Positions 12,208 through 25,028 of a stretch of DNA of 64,000 bases are shown here, piece by piece. How positions within the stretch are numbered: position 1 is the stretch's first letter; every line of letters starts with the position of its first letter. The notes under the pieces were generated by a model. It had not been told where the DNA came from, did no database searches, and was given only the letters and a program-made list of their open reading frames with translations. The position numbers were made by a program, and so were the translations under genes. Location: the NCBI RefSeq assembly GCF_018350175.1, contig NC_058368.1:55368001-55432000 (forward strand), given 5' to 3'. Source of the DNA: Felis catus (lineage: Eukaryota).

Positions 12208-13484
12208 TCATTTATTTTTAATCCATTTTGAGTTTATTCTTGTGTATGGTGTAAGAAAGTGGTTCAGGTTCATTCTTCTACATGTCACTGTCCAGTTTTC
12301 CCAACACCACTTGCTGAAGAGACTGCCTTTATTCCAGTGGATATTCTTTCCTGCTTTGTCAAAGATTAGTTGGCCAGACATTTGTGAGTCCATTTTTAGG
12401 TGATCTATTCTGTTCCATTGATCTATGTGTCTGTTTTTGTGCCAGTACCATACTGTCTTGATGATTACAGATTTGTAATGCAGTTTGAAGTCCAGAATGA
12501 AGAATGCTGGTGTTATTTTGATAGGAATTGCATTAAATGTGTAGATTTCTGGGTTGTATAGACATTTTTTCTTTCTCCAATCTATGAGCATGGAATGTTT
12601 TTCCATTTCTCTGTGTCTTCTCCAATTTCTTTCATAAGCTTTCTACAGTTCTCAGTGTACAGATATTTTTACCTCTTTGGTTAGGTTTATTCTTAGTTAT
12701 CTTATGGTTTTTGGTGCAACTGTAAATGGAGTCAATTCCTTGATTTCCCTTTCTGTTGCTTCATTATTGGCGAATAGAAATGCAACTGATTTCTGTACAT
12801 TGATTTCATATCCTGTGACTTTGCTGAATTCATGGATCAGCTCTAGCCGTTCTTTGGAGTCTTTTGGGTTTTCCACATAGAGAATCATGTCATCTGTGAA
12901 GAGTGAAAGTTTGACTTCTTCCTTGCTGATTTGCATACTTTTTATTGCTTTTCATTGTCTGATTGCTGAGACTAGGACTTCCAGCACCATGATGAACAAC
13001 AGTGGTGAGAGTGAATGTCCCTGTAGTATTCCTGACCTTAAGGGGAAAGGTCTCAGTTTTTCCCCATTGAGGATATTCATTGTGGGTCTTTCATATATGG
13101 CCTTTCTGATCTTGAGATATACTCCTTCTATCCCTACTTTGTTAAGGGTTTTTATCAAGAAAGACTGCTCTATTTTGTCCTTTTTCTTGCATCTTTTGAG
13201 AAGATCATGTGATTCTTATTCTTTTTTTTAATTAATGTGATGTATCATGTTGATTGATTTGCAGAACTGAATCACCCCTGTACCCCTCAGGAATAAATCT
13301 TACTTGGTTGTGGTGAATAATTCTTTTAATGTATTGTTGGATTCAGTTTGCTAGTGTCTTTTTGAGAATTTTTGTAGCCATGTTCATCACGGAAATTGGT
13401 CTGTAGTTCTCCTTTTTAGTGGGGTCTTTGCCTGGTTTTGGAATCAAGGTAAAGCTGGCCTCATAGAATGAACGTGGAAGATTT
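12208..13484 (-). mobile_element. LINE-1 ORF2 fragment (RT to C-terminal part), truncated at both ends
   Basis: Track peptides [46 protein letters not shown] (FADD motif region) and [18 protein letters not shown] are L1 ORF2p. Frameshifted. Confidence 0.95.
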
Positions 13485-13859
13485 CTGGATTCTTTGTTTA
13501 TATTGAAATTTTTAAAAGTTTTGGTAATCTGAGCTCTCAAATGTCTCCCCTGTTTACCTGGGATGCCAATTGATGTTATTTAGACCAGAGTCAACTACAG
13601 AATCTTCCTGCTTCCTAACTGCTACCCCAAAAACCAGTTTATTTGATCTTTGTGATCTAGTGGAAAACACCAGAGCAGTTTATGACATGTTTAGAGTAGA
13701 ATATTTCCATGATCTCATATAATTTTGAGTATCAGAATTCTACTTCTACAGATACAATGAAGTCGATTCAAATATATAATAGTAGCCAAGCTAAAGGATC
13801 TCATCATCAAAGTCCAGTGATCAGAGCTTAATTTATTATCAGTAAGAATTTAAGACAGA

Positions 13860-14330
13860 TGTGTAGTGATGGTATGTAGTGACATTCCCAGAACGTCCTA
13901 AATTTTTCATACATCCATGTATCCCTATTGTTTTTGTGGTGTCCTACCTTACTGATTATGAGCTCAGTCTTGAGATGTTCTTTGTCTGGTACAAGTAGCA
14001 AATTTGATGTTAAGAAGAGACTTGAAAATTGTTTTTGTGTTTTTGCTTCCTTCCTTGAAACCCTTCCTTGGAATGGCATGACAAAAAGCCGGGGCTAATC
14101 TGCTGTTTTATGAAAGACCATGTGGAATAAAGACTAGTCATTGCAGTCAAGGCCACCCTAGTCCAGGTTCCCCAGTCTACTCAACAACTGACTCAATTTT
14201 CACAAATGAGCCTAATCAAGATCAGGAGACTTGCTTGGCTGCTGATAGATTTCAGAGATATAATAAATGGTTATTGTTTTCAATTAATAAGTTAGGGAAT
14301 AATCTGTTAATCAGCAATAGCTAACAATTA
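13860..14330 (+). mobile_element. MaLR LTR (MLT1-type), old
   Basis: gaaagaccatgtgga, gagcctaatcaagatcag and the 3' end aataaatggttattgtttt...cagcaatagctaac. Confidence 0.65.
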
Positions 14331-15139
14331 GAGGATGTTTATAATGGATAATATTTTAGAACATCCTTAAAGATTTATCATTCTTCTAGCTAATAAATCT
14401 TTTCCAAAATGGGAAGTTGTTAAAGTACTGAGGGGAAGATGAACCAAAATTAAGTCTGTGAGGTTTGAGAAATGTAGCAATAAGAGAAGGACTTTTCTTT
14501 AACAGTTTATGTTTTACTCTATCCATTATAGAACTAACTATATTCAAGATGTTCATTTCCTGACTGCATAATACCCAGCCAAGAATCGGGAAGTTAACTT
14601 GTTTGAAATCATTCCAGCTACATTGGCTACTCTAAAGATGATCCTTAAGTCAAAAACAGATGAATCATCTACTTTATCCTCAAATCTTCCAGAGTGATTT
14701 CCAATTTGGATATTAAGGAAGACGATGAATATGAGATCTAGTCTTTGATGAAATAAGTAGCATAGTCTTGATTGATAACATGTGACAGTTTGCAGGGTTT
14801 CGGAGGAAAATGTATTGCTCAAAGTCATAAGAGGAATTGTTTGGAAGTGTCTTTTTCAATAAAGACTCATATTTCAAAATAAGATATAAAACAAATTTTC
14901 AGTGAGAGTGCATATGAAATTTTAACCTATATTTTGGGGATAGTATATAGTAAACACATCCAGGAAGTAGAAATAAAAATATTTTATTGGAGAAAAGGCA
15001 GCCCAGAGCAATATGGGGAAGATATATAGCAGAGTATAGATAATAGCAGGGGTTTTGTCTATTTGATAGTGATGTAGTACTAAGTCCCTAAAGAAATTTG
15101 TACCTAGAGTCCTGGTATTAATGCAATATACTCCATCAC

Positions 15140-15300
15140 CTGCAAAACTTGAGTCCAAACTCCTGTCTGCCAATTACTGTCTTGAACAAGTGACATTTAT
15201 TTTTCTTAGTTTCCTTATTATTATATAAAAAAAGTGATAATTCATAGGCCATTTCAGGGGACTAAATAAAAAAGCATGTAAGTATCAGTAATTATAACTG
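15140..15300 (+). mobile_element. MIR relic
   Basis: cttgaacaagtgac...ttagtttcctt...aaaagtgataat resembles the MIR core. Confidence 0.5.
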
Positions 15301-16575
15301 TAAAATAATAGAAAGCCAAAATGCAAAATAACTATCATTTAAATATGTAGCATACACTTACTAACTTTATGCTTTACAAAATTCAATTCAAGACATCACT
15401 ACAAATTACATATAAGGATGTGTCGTCTATATCTAGATCACTCAGAAGAGTTGAAAAGGAAAGGGGAAAATATTATATTCTCAAATGTCTGGTCTATTAT
15501 ATATAAATAACTCTGTTGATCTTATTGTACATAAATCCTATATTAAAATTTTAATTAATTAATTAATTATGGGGGAGGATAATGATTTTGAAAATGGTAA
15601 GGGAAAGTAGCATAGAATCCAGCTGGCATATGAAAAAGTGGTGGATGATTAAAGATAAATGAAAAAGTAACATTACTGAGCATGAGATAATTTTTTAAAT
15701 ATACAACACACTAAAAAATTATAGAATGAGTAAAATAATTAATTATATGACATTCCGAATTTTGAAAATATATTTGAAACAGTTAGATATGCTTTTTAAT
15801 AAATCCTTCATAAACTACATATTCTAGAGGAGGAGCCTATCTAGCCTAACCTATGTTATTAAATTTGATGACACAGATTGCCATTAATAGAAAATAAATC
15901 AAAGAAACTATGATGTAAAGTAAATCTAAAATCCTGTGGAGCACAAAATTAACTGAGTGTGTTATTGAACCTGTAGTTTTAATGCAAATATTAATCATTC
16001 AAATGTGTGAAAACCACTGCTGTTCTCAGGGAGCAAGTCATGAATATAGCTCACACCTGTTAGAGAACCATCCTACCACATCATCCTGAAAGTAGAAATG
16101 AAAAATTCACCTCATGTCCTTGCATATTCCAAATCAAATCTATGAATTAGTGTTTTCATGTGGATTGTGTCCAATTAACTTGTCTTTGATAGAAATGTGT
16201 TTACCTTTCTTTTAGTATTTAGACACTGGGTTCTAAAGCAGAATAAATTCAAAGTAAAATTGGAGGAAATGGAATTTACAAAGTGATGTATAAAATTTTT
16301 ATTCCGAGATCATTTCAAACTTAAAGAAAACTTGCAAAATTAGCCTCAAATTTATACTCCTTACCAGATTACCCAACCATTAAATTTTGATGTTTTCTTA
16401 ATCATTTACTCCCTTTCTAAATACAGGCATGTGCTTCAGAACTATGTAAATATTTTTCTCCTCATTAATCTTCAACCCACAAGTTTTAACACCCAGAGAT
16501 AACATGTGTAAATGAAATTTTATTACCATGATTTTAAAGACGGTTGTTCTTAACATCAATTTTTCTTAATCCCTT

Positions 16576-16789
16576 TTTAAAAATTTTTTTAACGTTTATT
16601 TTTGCCAGAGAGAAAGACAGAGCATGAGTGGGGGAGGGGCAGAAAGAGAGGGATATACAGAATCCAAAGCAGGCTCCAGGCTCTGTGCTGTCAGCACAGA
16701 GCCCAACACAGGGCTCGAACTCACAGACCGGGAGATCATGACCTGAGCAGAAGTCAGACGCTCACATGACTGAGCCACCCAGGCTCCCC
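16576..16789 (-). mobile_element. CAN-SINE
   Basis: Reverse SINE body. TSD TTAATCCCTT at 16566-16575 and 16791-16800. Confidence 0.95.
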
Positions 16790-17642
16790 TTTAATCCCTT
16801 AATAGTTAGTTGATATTCTGTTGTAATGGAAGATGTTATTTCTCTTTTAGGCATGTATGTTTGTATCATCCATTTGTTATTTATTATTTATTTGTTCTTA
16901 TTTATTATCTGTATGTATAATAATTTAATTATCTTTTTCAGTCAGTGGGTCGTAATCTGAAACTGCCACTATTTGTTTTGATGTTCAGTTTGTCCTAGAT
17001 GTGGTTAGGGATTCCCTTCAATCTAGCTCATGTATTATTTTACTAATGCCCCACAATTTTTTGTGAGCTCTCTTACTTTCTGGCAATACAGGATGTTGCA
17101 TTTACAGTTTGGACTCTCTCTGCCTTAGATATAAAATTGTTAGCTATCTCCCCAAGTTATCTTGGTTATTTGTGTTAAGGAATGGTATTTGGAAACAAAA
17201 TCAGGATCTAGGTATTCTTATCACTATTAACACTACTGGAAGTCATTGCTTCTCAGCCCTTTCAGCTAACAGAGTTATGAAATATATATATGTGTATATA
17301 TATATATATATATGCATATATTCTATACAAACATACATATATGTTACATATGTGTGGCATTAAAATAATAAATTTATAATGAATTCCCAACCTCAATATA
17401 GCATGACAGCTCTTTCAAGGCTTTTCATATTCCATATTCGTATTATTCTTCTCCTACAATGAGAAAACTACCCCATCATTCTAGAAAGATTTTTTTGAAA
17501 TACTAAACTAATATCAGTGTAAAAAATAATCCTACTAAGCAAAGTTTAAGATATTTGCTATAGTTCTTTATATCCTTAGACTGAAGGCACAAGCTTTTTT
17601 TTTTTCAATTAATAACTTCTTTGGGTTTTTTGCTGTATCTAC

Positions 17643-17710
17643 ATCTATCTATCCATCCATCCATCCATCCATCCATCCATCCATCCATCCATTCATACAT
17701 ACATATATAC
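17643..17710. repeat. (TCCA)n compound microsatellite
   Basis: TCTA/TCCA/TACA runs. Confidence 0.95.
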
Positions 17711-18109
17711 ATATATACACATACACCATTCTTATTTCCTCCTCCTAACCTTCTCTTTTTTTTTTTTACTGTTGTGTAGATGAACATTGCATGGATATAA
17801 CCTATTTTTATCAAGGTATTATAATTTAGTTGTTTCCAATCTTTTGTGATTAAAGAAGTGCTGTAGTGAATTGCCTTATAGGGTTTATTTTTACATTGTT
17901 AGAGGAGCATCTTAAGAGAAAATTCTTACAAATGGGGGATTGTAGGTTTTTTTTAGCTGCTGTTAAAATATTCTAAAGTATTATTTTGAATAGTCATGAA
18001 AGCGAATGATTGTCCATTTCCACTCTATTGCATATATTCTTTAGTTTCAGCCCAGTGAATATAACTAAATCTAAAAAAAATTATTACAAAGCAAGTAAAA
18101 TCTAGAAAT

Positions 18110-18450
18110 TGAACAGAGTACAGTTATCAGGGAAAATCTGAATGCATTTCTCAAATATAACTGTGAGATAAAGAAGCCAAGCACAAAGAGTACATACTGT
18201 ATGATTACAAGTATATAAAGCATAAAAGCAAGTAAAACCCATCTTCAGTGTGAAGACATCAGGATGGTCATTACCTTGATCGGTTACCAGTGACAGGAAT
18301 GGAGCATGGGGGAGCTCTGAGATGTTGAATAATGCTCTGGCCATGACCAGAGTGCTGGTCACATTATGGTGCCCAGTAGAAGAAATTTATTAAACATTTT
18401 ATGAATTATTTGCTTTTGTATATAAAATAGGAAATTAATAAAATATTTAA
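18110..18450 (+). mobile_element. L1ME-like 3'UTR relic
   Basis: aaagaagccaagcacaaagagtacatactgtatgatt...catcaggatggtcattacc is a typical old L1 3' motif. Confidence 0.6.
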
Positions 18451-18758
18451 AAGAAAAAGTGTGTTTTTCATTGACTGTTATTCTTTCCAAGTATAGTTAC
18501 ATTTAGAGTATAAGGATATTCATAATTGTAAATGGGTTAAAATTTTTTGATACATGTCAAATTATAGAAAGAATATATAGGTTATGTAAAGGTGATGGTT
18601 TTGGCAACCCTAATTGCAATGAAATGCTTATTTACTTATTTGTTTATTTATTTATTTATTAATACATGTGAACAAATTTGGGGTATTTTTCAGATTCAAT
18701 ACTTTAAAAGTTTGTAATAATCAGGAGAATTAATGTTAACCCTTTATTAAACATTTTT

Positions 18759-18974
18759 AAATTTTTTTTTTAATGTTTATTTATTTTTGAGACAGAGAGA
18801 GACAGAGCATGAACAGGGGAGGGGCAGAGAGAGAGGGAGACACAGAATCTGAAACAGGCTCCAGGCTCCGGGCTGTCAGCACAGAGCCCGATGCAGGACT
18901 CGAACCCATGGACCGTGAGATCATGACCTGAGCCGAAGTCGGACGCTTAACCGACGGAGCCACCCAGGCACCCC
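18759..18974 (-). mobile_element. CAN-SINE inserted in the tail of the next SINE
   Basis: TSD TATTAAACATTTTT at 18745-18758 and 18975-18988. Confidence 0.95.
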
Positions 18975-18988
18975 TATTAAACATTTTT

Positions 18989-19004
18989 TTAATGTTTATT
19001 TATT

Positions 19005-19044
<40 letters not shown>

Positions 19045-19209
19045 TGAGCAGGGGAGGGACAGAGCGAGAGAGGGACACAGAATCTGAAGCAGGCTCCAGG
19101 CTCCAAGCTCTCAGCACAGAGCCCGATGCAGGGCTAGAACTCATGAGCCATGAGATCATGACCTGAGCCGAAGTCGGCTGTTTAACTGACTGAGCCACCC
19201 AGGTGCCCC
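18989..19209 (-). mobile_element. CAN-SINE (host of the nested SINE)
   Basis: Outer TSD TAATGTTAAC at 18731-18740 and 19210-19219. Confidence 0.95.
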
Positions 19210-19239
19210 TAATGTTAACTTTTTAAAGAGACAAATGCT

Positions 19240-20087
19240 CTCTTCAACAAATGGTGTTGGGAAAACTGGACAGGAACATGCACTAGAATGAAACTTGATC
19301 ACTTTCTTATACCAAATACAAAAATAAGTTCAAAATGGAATAAGGAACTAAATATAAGACATGAAACCAGCATGCCATAGCAACACCTTTCTAGATATGT
19401 CTACTGAGGCAAGAGAAACAAAAGCAAAAATAAACTATTGGGACTACATCAAAATAAAAAGCTTCTTCATAGCAACGGAAATTAAAAAAAAAAAAAAAAA
19501 AGACCTAAAAGACAACCTACTGAATGGAGAAGATACTTGCAAATGAAATATCCAATAAAGGATTAGTATCCAAAATCTATGAAGAACTTATCAAGCTCAG
19601 CCAGAAAAAAAGCCAAATAATCCATTTAAAAATGGTCAGAAGACAAGAACAGACATTTCTACAAAGAAGACATACACATGGTCAACAGACACATGAAAAG
19701 ATGTTCTACATCATTCATCATTAGGGAAATGCAAATCAAAATCATGATGAGATATTATCTCACACTTGTCAGAATGGCTAAAATCCAAAACACAAGAAAC
19801 TATAGGTATTGAAGAGGTTGTGAAAAAAAGAGGAACATTCATGCAGTGTTGCTGGGAATGCAAACTGGTGCAGCCATCATGGAATACAGTATAGACGTTC
19901 TCCAAAAAGCTAAAAATTGAACTGTACTGCAATCCAGTAATCACACTACTGGGTATTTATCCAAACAATACAAAAGCACTATTTCAAAGGGTTCTGTGCA
20001 CCCCTGTGTTTCTTGCAGCATTAATTACAGTAGCCAAATTATGGGAGCAGCTCAAGTGTCCATCAATAGATGAATGGATAAAGAAGT

Positions 20088-20135
<48 letters not shown>

Positions 20136-20500
20136 AGAATACTAATCAGCTATAAAAACAAATGCAATTTGCAACAACATGGATGGATCTGGATATTATA
20201 ATGCTAAGTGAAGTCAGAGGAAAACAAATACCATATGATTTCACTCATATGCAGAATTAAACAAACAAAACAAATGACCAAAGGGGAAAAAAAGAGAAAG
20301 AGACAAATAGGAAACAGATTTTTAACTATAGAGAACAGACTGATGGTTACTAAAGAGGAGGTGGGTGGGCAGTTGGGTGAAATATGCAATAGGGAATAAA
20401 AAGTACACTTACCATGATGAGCACCGAGTAACATATAGAATTGCTGAATCACTATATTCTATACCTGAAACTAATATAACACTATATATTAACTATACAT
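19240..20500 (+). mobile_element. 5'-truncated carnivore LINE-1 (ORF2 C-terminus and 3'UTR)
   Basis: ctcttcaacaaatggtgttggg, peptide ETKAKINYWDYIKIKSF and a 3'UTR. Contains (CA)n at 20091-20134. TSD AAGAGA(C/G)AAATGCT at 19226-19239 and 20502-20515. Confidence 0.92.
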
Positions 20501-20515
20501 GAAGAGAGAAATGCT

Positions 20516-20842
20516 AAGATCTCAGTGGCATAACAAAACCAAAGTAGAGTTCTCATTGGAGAAAATAGGTTTAGATTTGGTGATTCTGCAAACCATCTTT
20601 ATGCAGTAATTGCTCTTTCAGAGTGTTTCAGAATTGTGGTTTCACCATCTCATGGCCACCATAGGCACTGCAAGGAGAAAGAAGATAGAGGCCCAACATA
20701 CTGGTTTATCTGTCTCATCCCGGAAGTGACACCCATCCGTTAGCCACATGAATTCAGTTGGTTTCAAACTAACAGCAAAAGGATGCTGGGAAATGTAAAG
20801 GGGCATTAAAATATTTGGTGAGCACTTAGTGTCTCCACCATA
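20516..20842 (-). mobile_element. MaLR LTR (MLT1-type) relic
   Basis: atctcagtggcataacaaaac...cagcaaaaggatgctgggaaatgta...tttggtgagcac matches a reverse MLT1 pattern. Confidence 0.6.
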
Positions 20843-21166
20843 GGCTGGTAGTCTAGTGCTAAACATATCTTTGCTCCCATTTCCCCACACACAATCCCTT
20901 CCAAAAGGAGAAAAAAAAGTCTGTAGTCACTGTGTCCAAGTAATATGTTACAGACCAATAATACAATAACCAAACATCTCATATGAAAATTTAATTAAAA
21001 AATAATACAGAAATATTAGAGAGCCTTAAAACATTGATAAAGCCAATTCTCAATTCAAAATTAGTCTCCAAAAAAAAGATGTTTATAGCTGTAATTATTT
21101 TCCTTTTTTTCCCCCTCATCTTCAATGATTTCCTTGTGTTTCCCTTCATCAAAAAATCAAATCATG

Positions 21167-21363
21167 TGGTGGCTGAGTGGGTTAAGCCTCTGACTCTTGA
21201 TCTTGGCTCAGGCCATGACTTCATGGTTTATGATATCGAACCCCCACATTGGGCTCTGCACTAACAGTGTGGAGCCTGCTAGGGATTCTCTTTCTCCCTC
21301 TCCCTCTGCCCCTCCCCTGCTTGAGCTCATGCTCTTTCTCTCTCAAAATAAATGAAAACTTAA
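21167..21363 (+). mobile_element. CAN-SINE, older subfamily, 5' clipped
   Basis: gactcttgatcttggctcagg and gggattctct diagnostic segments. The tail continues at 21579-21615. Confidence 0.9.
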
Positions 21364-21578
21364 TTTTTTTTTCAACGTTTATTTATTTTTTTTGGGACAG
21401 AGAGAGACAGAGCATGAACGGGGGAGGGGCAGAGAGAGAGGGAGACACAGAATCGGAAACAGGCTCCAGGCTCTGAGCCATCAGCCCAGAGCCAGACACG
21501 GGGCTTGAACTCATGGACCGCGAGATCGTGACCTGGCTGAAGTCGGACGCTCAACCGACTGCGCCACCCAGGCGCCCC
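21364..21578 (-). mobile_element. CAN-SINE, young subfamily, inserted in the tail of the previous SINE
   Basis: Perfect TSD TCAAAATAAATGAAAACTTAA at 21343-21363 and 21579-21599. CpG-rich. Confidence 0.96.
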
Positions 21579-21618
21579 TCAAAATAAATGAAAACTTAAA
21601 AAAAAAAAAAAAAAACCT

Positions 21619-21828
21619 GGGGCAACTGGGTGGCTCAGTCAGTTAAGCCTCCGACTTCAGCTTAGGTCAAGATCTCGCAATTGGTGAGTTAGAACCCTAC
21701 GTTGGGCTCTGTGCTGACACCTCAGAGCCTGGATCCTGGTTCGGATTCTGTAGCTCCCTCTCTTTCTCCCCTCCCCCACACTCTTGTGGTCTGTCTCTCT
21801 CTTTCAAAAAATAAAGAAACATTTAAAA
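21619..21828 (+). mobile_element. CAN-SINE
   Basis: SINE body directly after a poly(A) run. Short TSD AACCT(GG). Confidence 0.93.
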
Positions 21829-22089
21829 GAACCTGGTAGCTAAAAAAAAAAAAAAAAAAAAAAAAATTGGGTAGTGTGGATGAGACTTTATGGTCCTGAG
21901 AGTTTCAGCAGATGTTTCAAAAAGGCCAGTGAGTACTTAGTGCTAAATTTTATTATTTAGCAAACATATAATCTGTGCTGATTTCATGGTGGTTACCGAC
22001 CTGCAGTTTGCCGGTTCATTATCAATCAGTACTTACAACTTCTTGATATATCTCTTTTTGAACATAGTTGTAACATGTTTCTTAAGGAA

Positions 22090-22315
22090 TCTTTTTTCAT
22101 TACTTTTTTAAGTTTATTTATTTATTTAGAGAGAGACAGAGACAGCATGAGCAGGAAAGGGGGAGAGAGGGAGGGAGAAGAGAGAGAAACCCCAATAGGT
22201 TTGCACTGTCAGCACAGAGCCTGATGCGGGGCTGGCACTCACAAAACCATGAGATCATGACCTGAGCTGAAACCAAGATTTGGATGCTTAACCAACTGAG
22301 CCACCAATGCACTCC
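22090..22315 (-). mobile_element. CAN-SINE, older
   Basis: TSD TTTCTTAAGGAA at 22078-22089 and 22316-22327. Confidence 0.92.
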
Positions 22316-22834
22316 TTTCTTAAGGAACTTTAAAATTAAATATAAAATAAAGTGCTGGAATATTATATATATAAAAAACCAGGTGATTCATCTGCTAAAA
22401 TGATTAGTGCCTAGAGAAAAAGGATCAGGAACACTTCGCATGTCTCCATTCTCTATACTAAAATTTTTTTTAAATTTTATTTAGAGTTCAGAATACTTCA
22501 GAACACAACTTTAAAAATATTATGTGCAATTTTGGTTAGAGATATTTTTGTGGTCTAGCTAAATCTAGATACAGTTCTGGGACTTGGTATGCTTCTAAAA
22601 TCTAATGATTCATCTATATTCCATACCCATTATTTCTTTATTTCTCTCTCATGCTATCAATTCATTATTTTTTTAACTACTATTAAATGTGTGTTAGATA
22701 TTTTTAGTCTTTTCCACATGTATCTTAACCTCTTTTGGCTCATATGAAAAGATCTAACATTAACTTAATTAGTTGTTTTCTTCACCGAGTTTAGCTATTG
22801 TGGGATTTTTGTTTTGTTTTTTAAAATTTTTATA

Positions 22835-23019
22835 TTTTTTACTTTTTTCTTTTTTTGAGGTGTGGAGGAGCAGAGGGAGAGGGAGGGAAAGAGACTCTTA
22901 AGCAGGCTCCAAGCCCAGCATGGAGCCCAACATGGGACTCCATCTCAAAACTGAGAGATCATGACCTAAACTGAAATCAAAGGTTGGACGCTTAATCGAC
23001 TGAACCACCCAGGCACCCC
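22835..23019 (-). mobile_element. CAN-SINE, old carnivore-wide type
   Basis: ctcttaagcaggctccaagcccagcatggagccc...gaaatcaaagg variant body. Confidence 0.88.
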
Positions 23020-25028
23020 TAAATTTTTTATTTTTAATTATGATAAATACATAACAAAATTTGCCATCTCTAAGTATATAGTTCAGTAGTGCTAAGTGTA
23101 TCTACGTTATTTTATAGCAGTGTTCTGTCTAACCACTGAGTTTTTGTTATCCATTACGTTTTAATTTATATAACTTTTAATTGCTTATTTTCCAATTTGT
23201 TTCTCCTTTTCTTTATTCATCATTTTTTCTCTCATTAATTTTATTGTATATTAATCAAACACATTTTCAAATTGTTGCTTATTTCTAATTCTTGTGGCTT
23301 TTACCTCAAGATAATAGGCTCTCTCCATTCTTTTTTTTTTTTTTTCATGAAGATAACTGGTCAAGAATATTTTGTTTACAGATAACTGTTACTTTTATAA
23401 TCTTATCCTTCATTCCATTATTTTTTAGTCGCTTAATATGTTGACTAATTAAGGAACAGAGTGAGTTTTATAAGTAATCAATGTAACTTCTTGGTTATAC
23501 CATTACTCTGAGAAAGTCATTTGGCTTATTAATTTATTTTATGCAATTATTATCTACTTAAGTATAACTAATTCTTCAAGTTTCAGATCAATTTCTATGT
23601 CTTTCACGGTTTATACTCTAGTGCTAGCATGATCTTTCTAGTTTGCTAGATTATGCCAGCAACCACTGGCGCTGTGAGCATCCTTACTCTTATTTAAAAT
23701 AAAATGCAATTTTTATTTTCTCAGTAACTCAAAGGATTCCAAATTGACTGCTATCTATCTATCCTCCTTGATATGAAATGAGATATGTAACCATAAATAA
23801 ATCTGATCCTGTGCTCTGGTAGGTAAGTGTGTAGAATAAGATGATATTGACCAAGAAATTATCACACCAAAATCACAAAGCTGAGGTAGTCATTGAGAAT
23901 TACTCAGGAAAATGAAATTTGGAATATCTCAAAAGCCACCAACAAATGTCCTCTAGAGCCCTCTAGATGGCAGTAACCAAAAAAGAGTTTTCCCACTAAA
24001 GTTTCTTCCCTTAGACTCTCTTGCTTATGAATATATGCTGCTTACCTCAGATGCTAAATGGCCTGTTATCCAATTTATTGTCCCATGTTTTCTTCTAGGT
24101 TGTTTCTAATGTGTTTGAAAACAGTAGTTTATTTTAAATATTCAAATATGCATCATATTTTTCTGTATATGCTAGGTATACTATATTCACTTTTCTACTC
24201 TATATAGAATTTAACTAGATGGAAATGTTAAATCTTATTTATAATCAGAATAGTCACAGAATATTCATGTATAATACTTTGCTTCCATTTTCTGCATATA
24301 TTTAGTTACATATTTATATATTTAGTGATCCATTGGGTAAAAATATAAATTATGAGAAATTAAGACAATGGTTTAACGCAAAATATGAATAACTAGTGTT
24401 CACTTTGATGGAAAATAATTAGATGATAAAATATCATGCAATATATTCACATGAGTACAATTTTACAACTATTATAGAAATAGCATATAATGGGGAGTTA
24501 TTTTTATAATATTAATGTAATTATTATTTGCTATGCCAGTTTTCCTTCCTGAATTTCTTGTTATTGGCATAAATACTTAAAACTAACATGTTAAAATGTT
24601 TTAGTATTTAAAATATTCACAAAGAATCATGAAATTTGTTTCAGATGTGAACTATTGTTCTTATGTATTGGATAAATGAATGCAAAATCATGTAAATGTG
24701 TTCATAATACTGTGGATATACACAACCAATCATATTGACTTAATCTTTTTTTAAAATACCAAATTGAATATTTGGATTTTTAAATTATTTGTTAATGTAA
24801 TATCTTTCTTATTTTATCTGTATTGTAATATGTTTCTACCACTGAAGTTTGTATTATTGATTTTTAAAAGCTTACAAACAAAACTTTCATATATTCCTTA
24901 ACGAGAGCATGTTTAAAATTAAACTATTTATAGAAGCCCTATACTTTTTTTCTTTTTTGTTTTTTGGCATTTCAATATAGTTAAACATACCAGATGTAAC
25001 ATATACTGTAATATTTTATATTTTAGTA

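Larger units (their letters stand above)
16295..17990 (-). mobile_element. Old L1M (L1MC/ME-like) 3' region, fragmented
   Basis: Reverse L1 3'-end motifs (tttcaaacttaaagaaaacttgcaaaa; tagttgtttccaatcttttg). Interrupted by a SINE and microsatellites. Confidence 0.5.

Noticed and set aside
14553..14828. 91-aa minus-strand ORF
   Set aside because: No recognisable homology, and it overlaps the weak + strand terminal-exon candidate.
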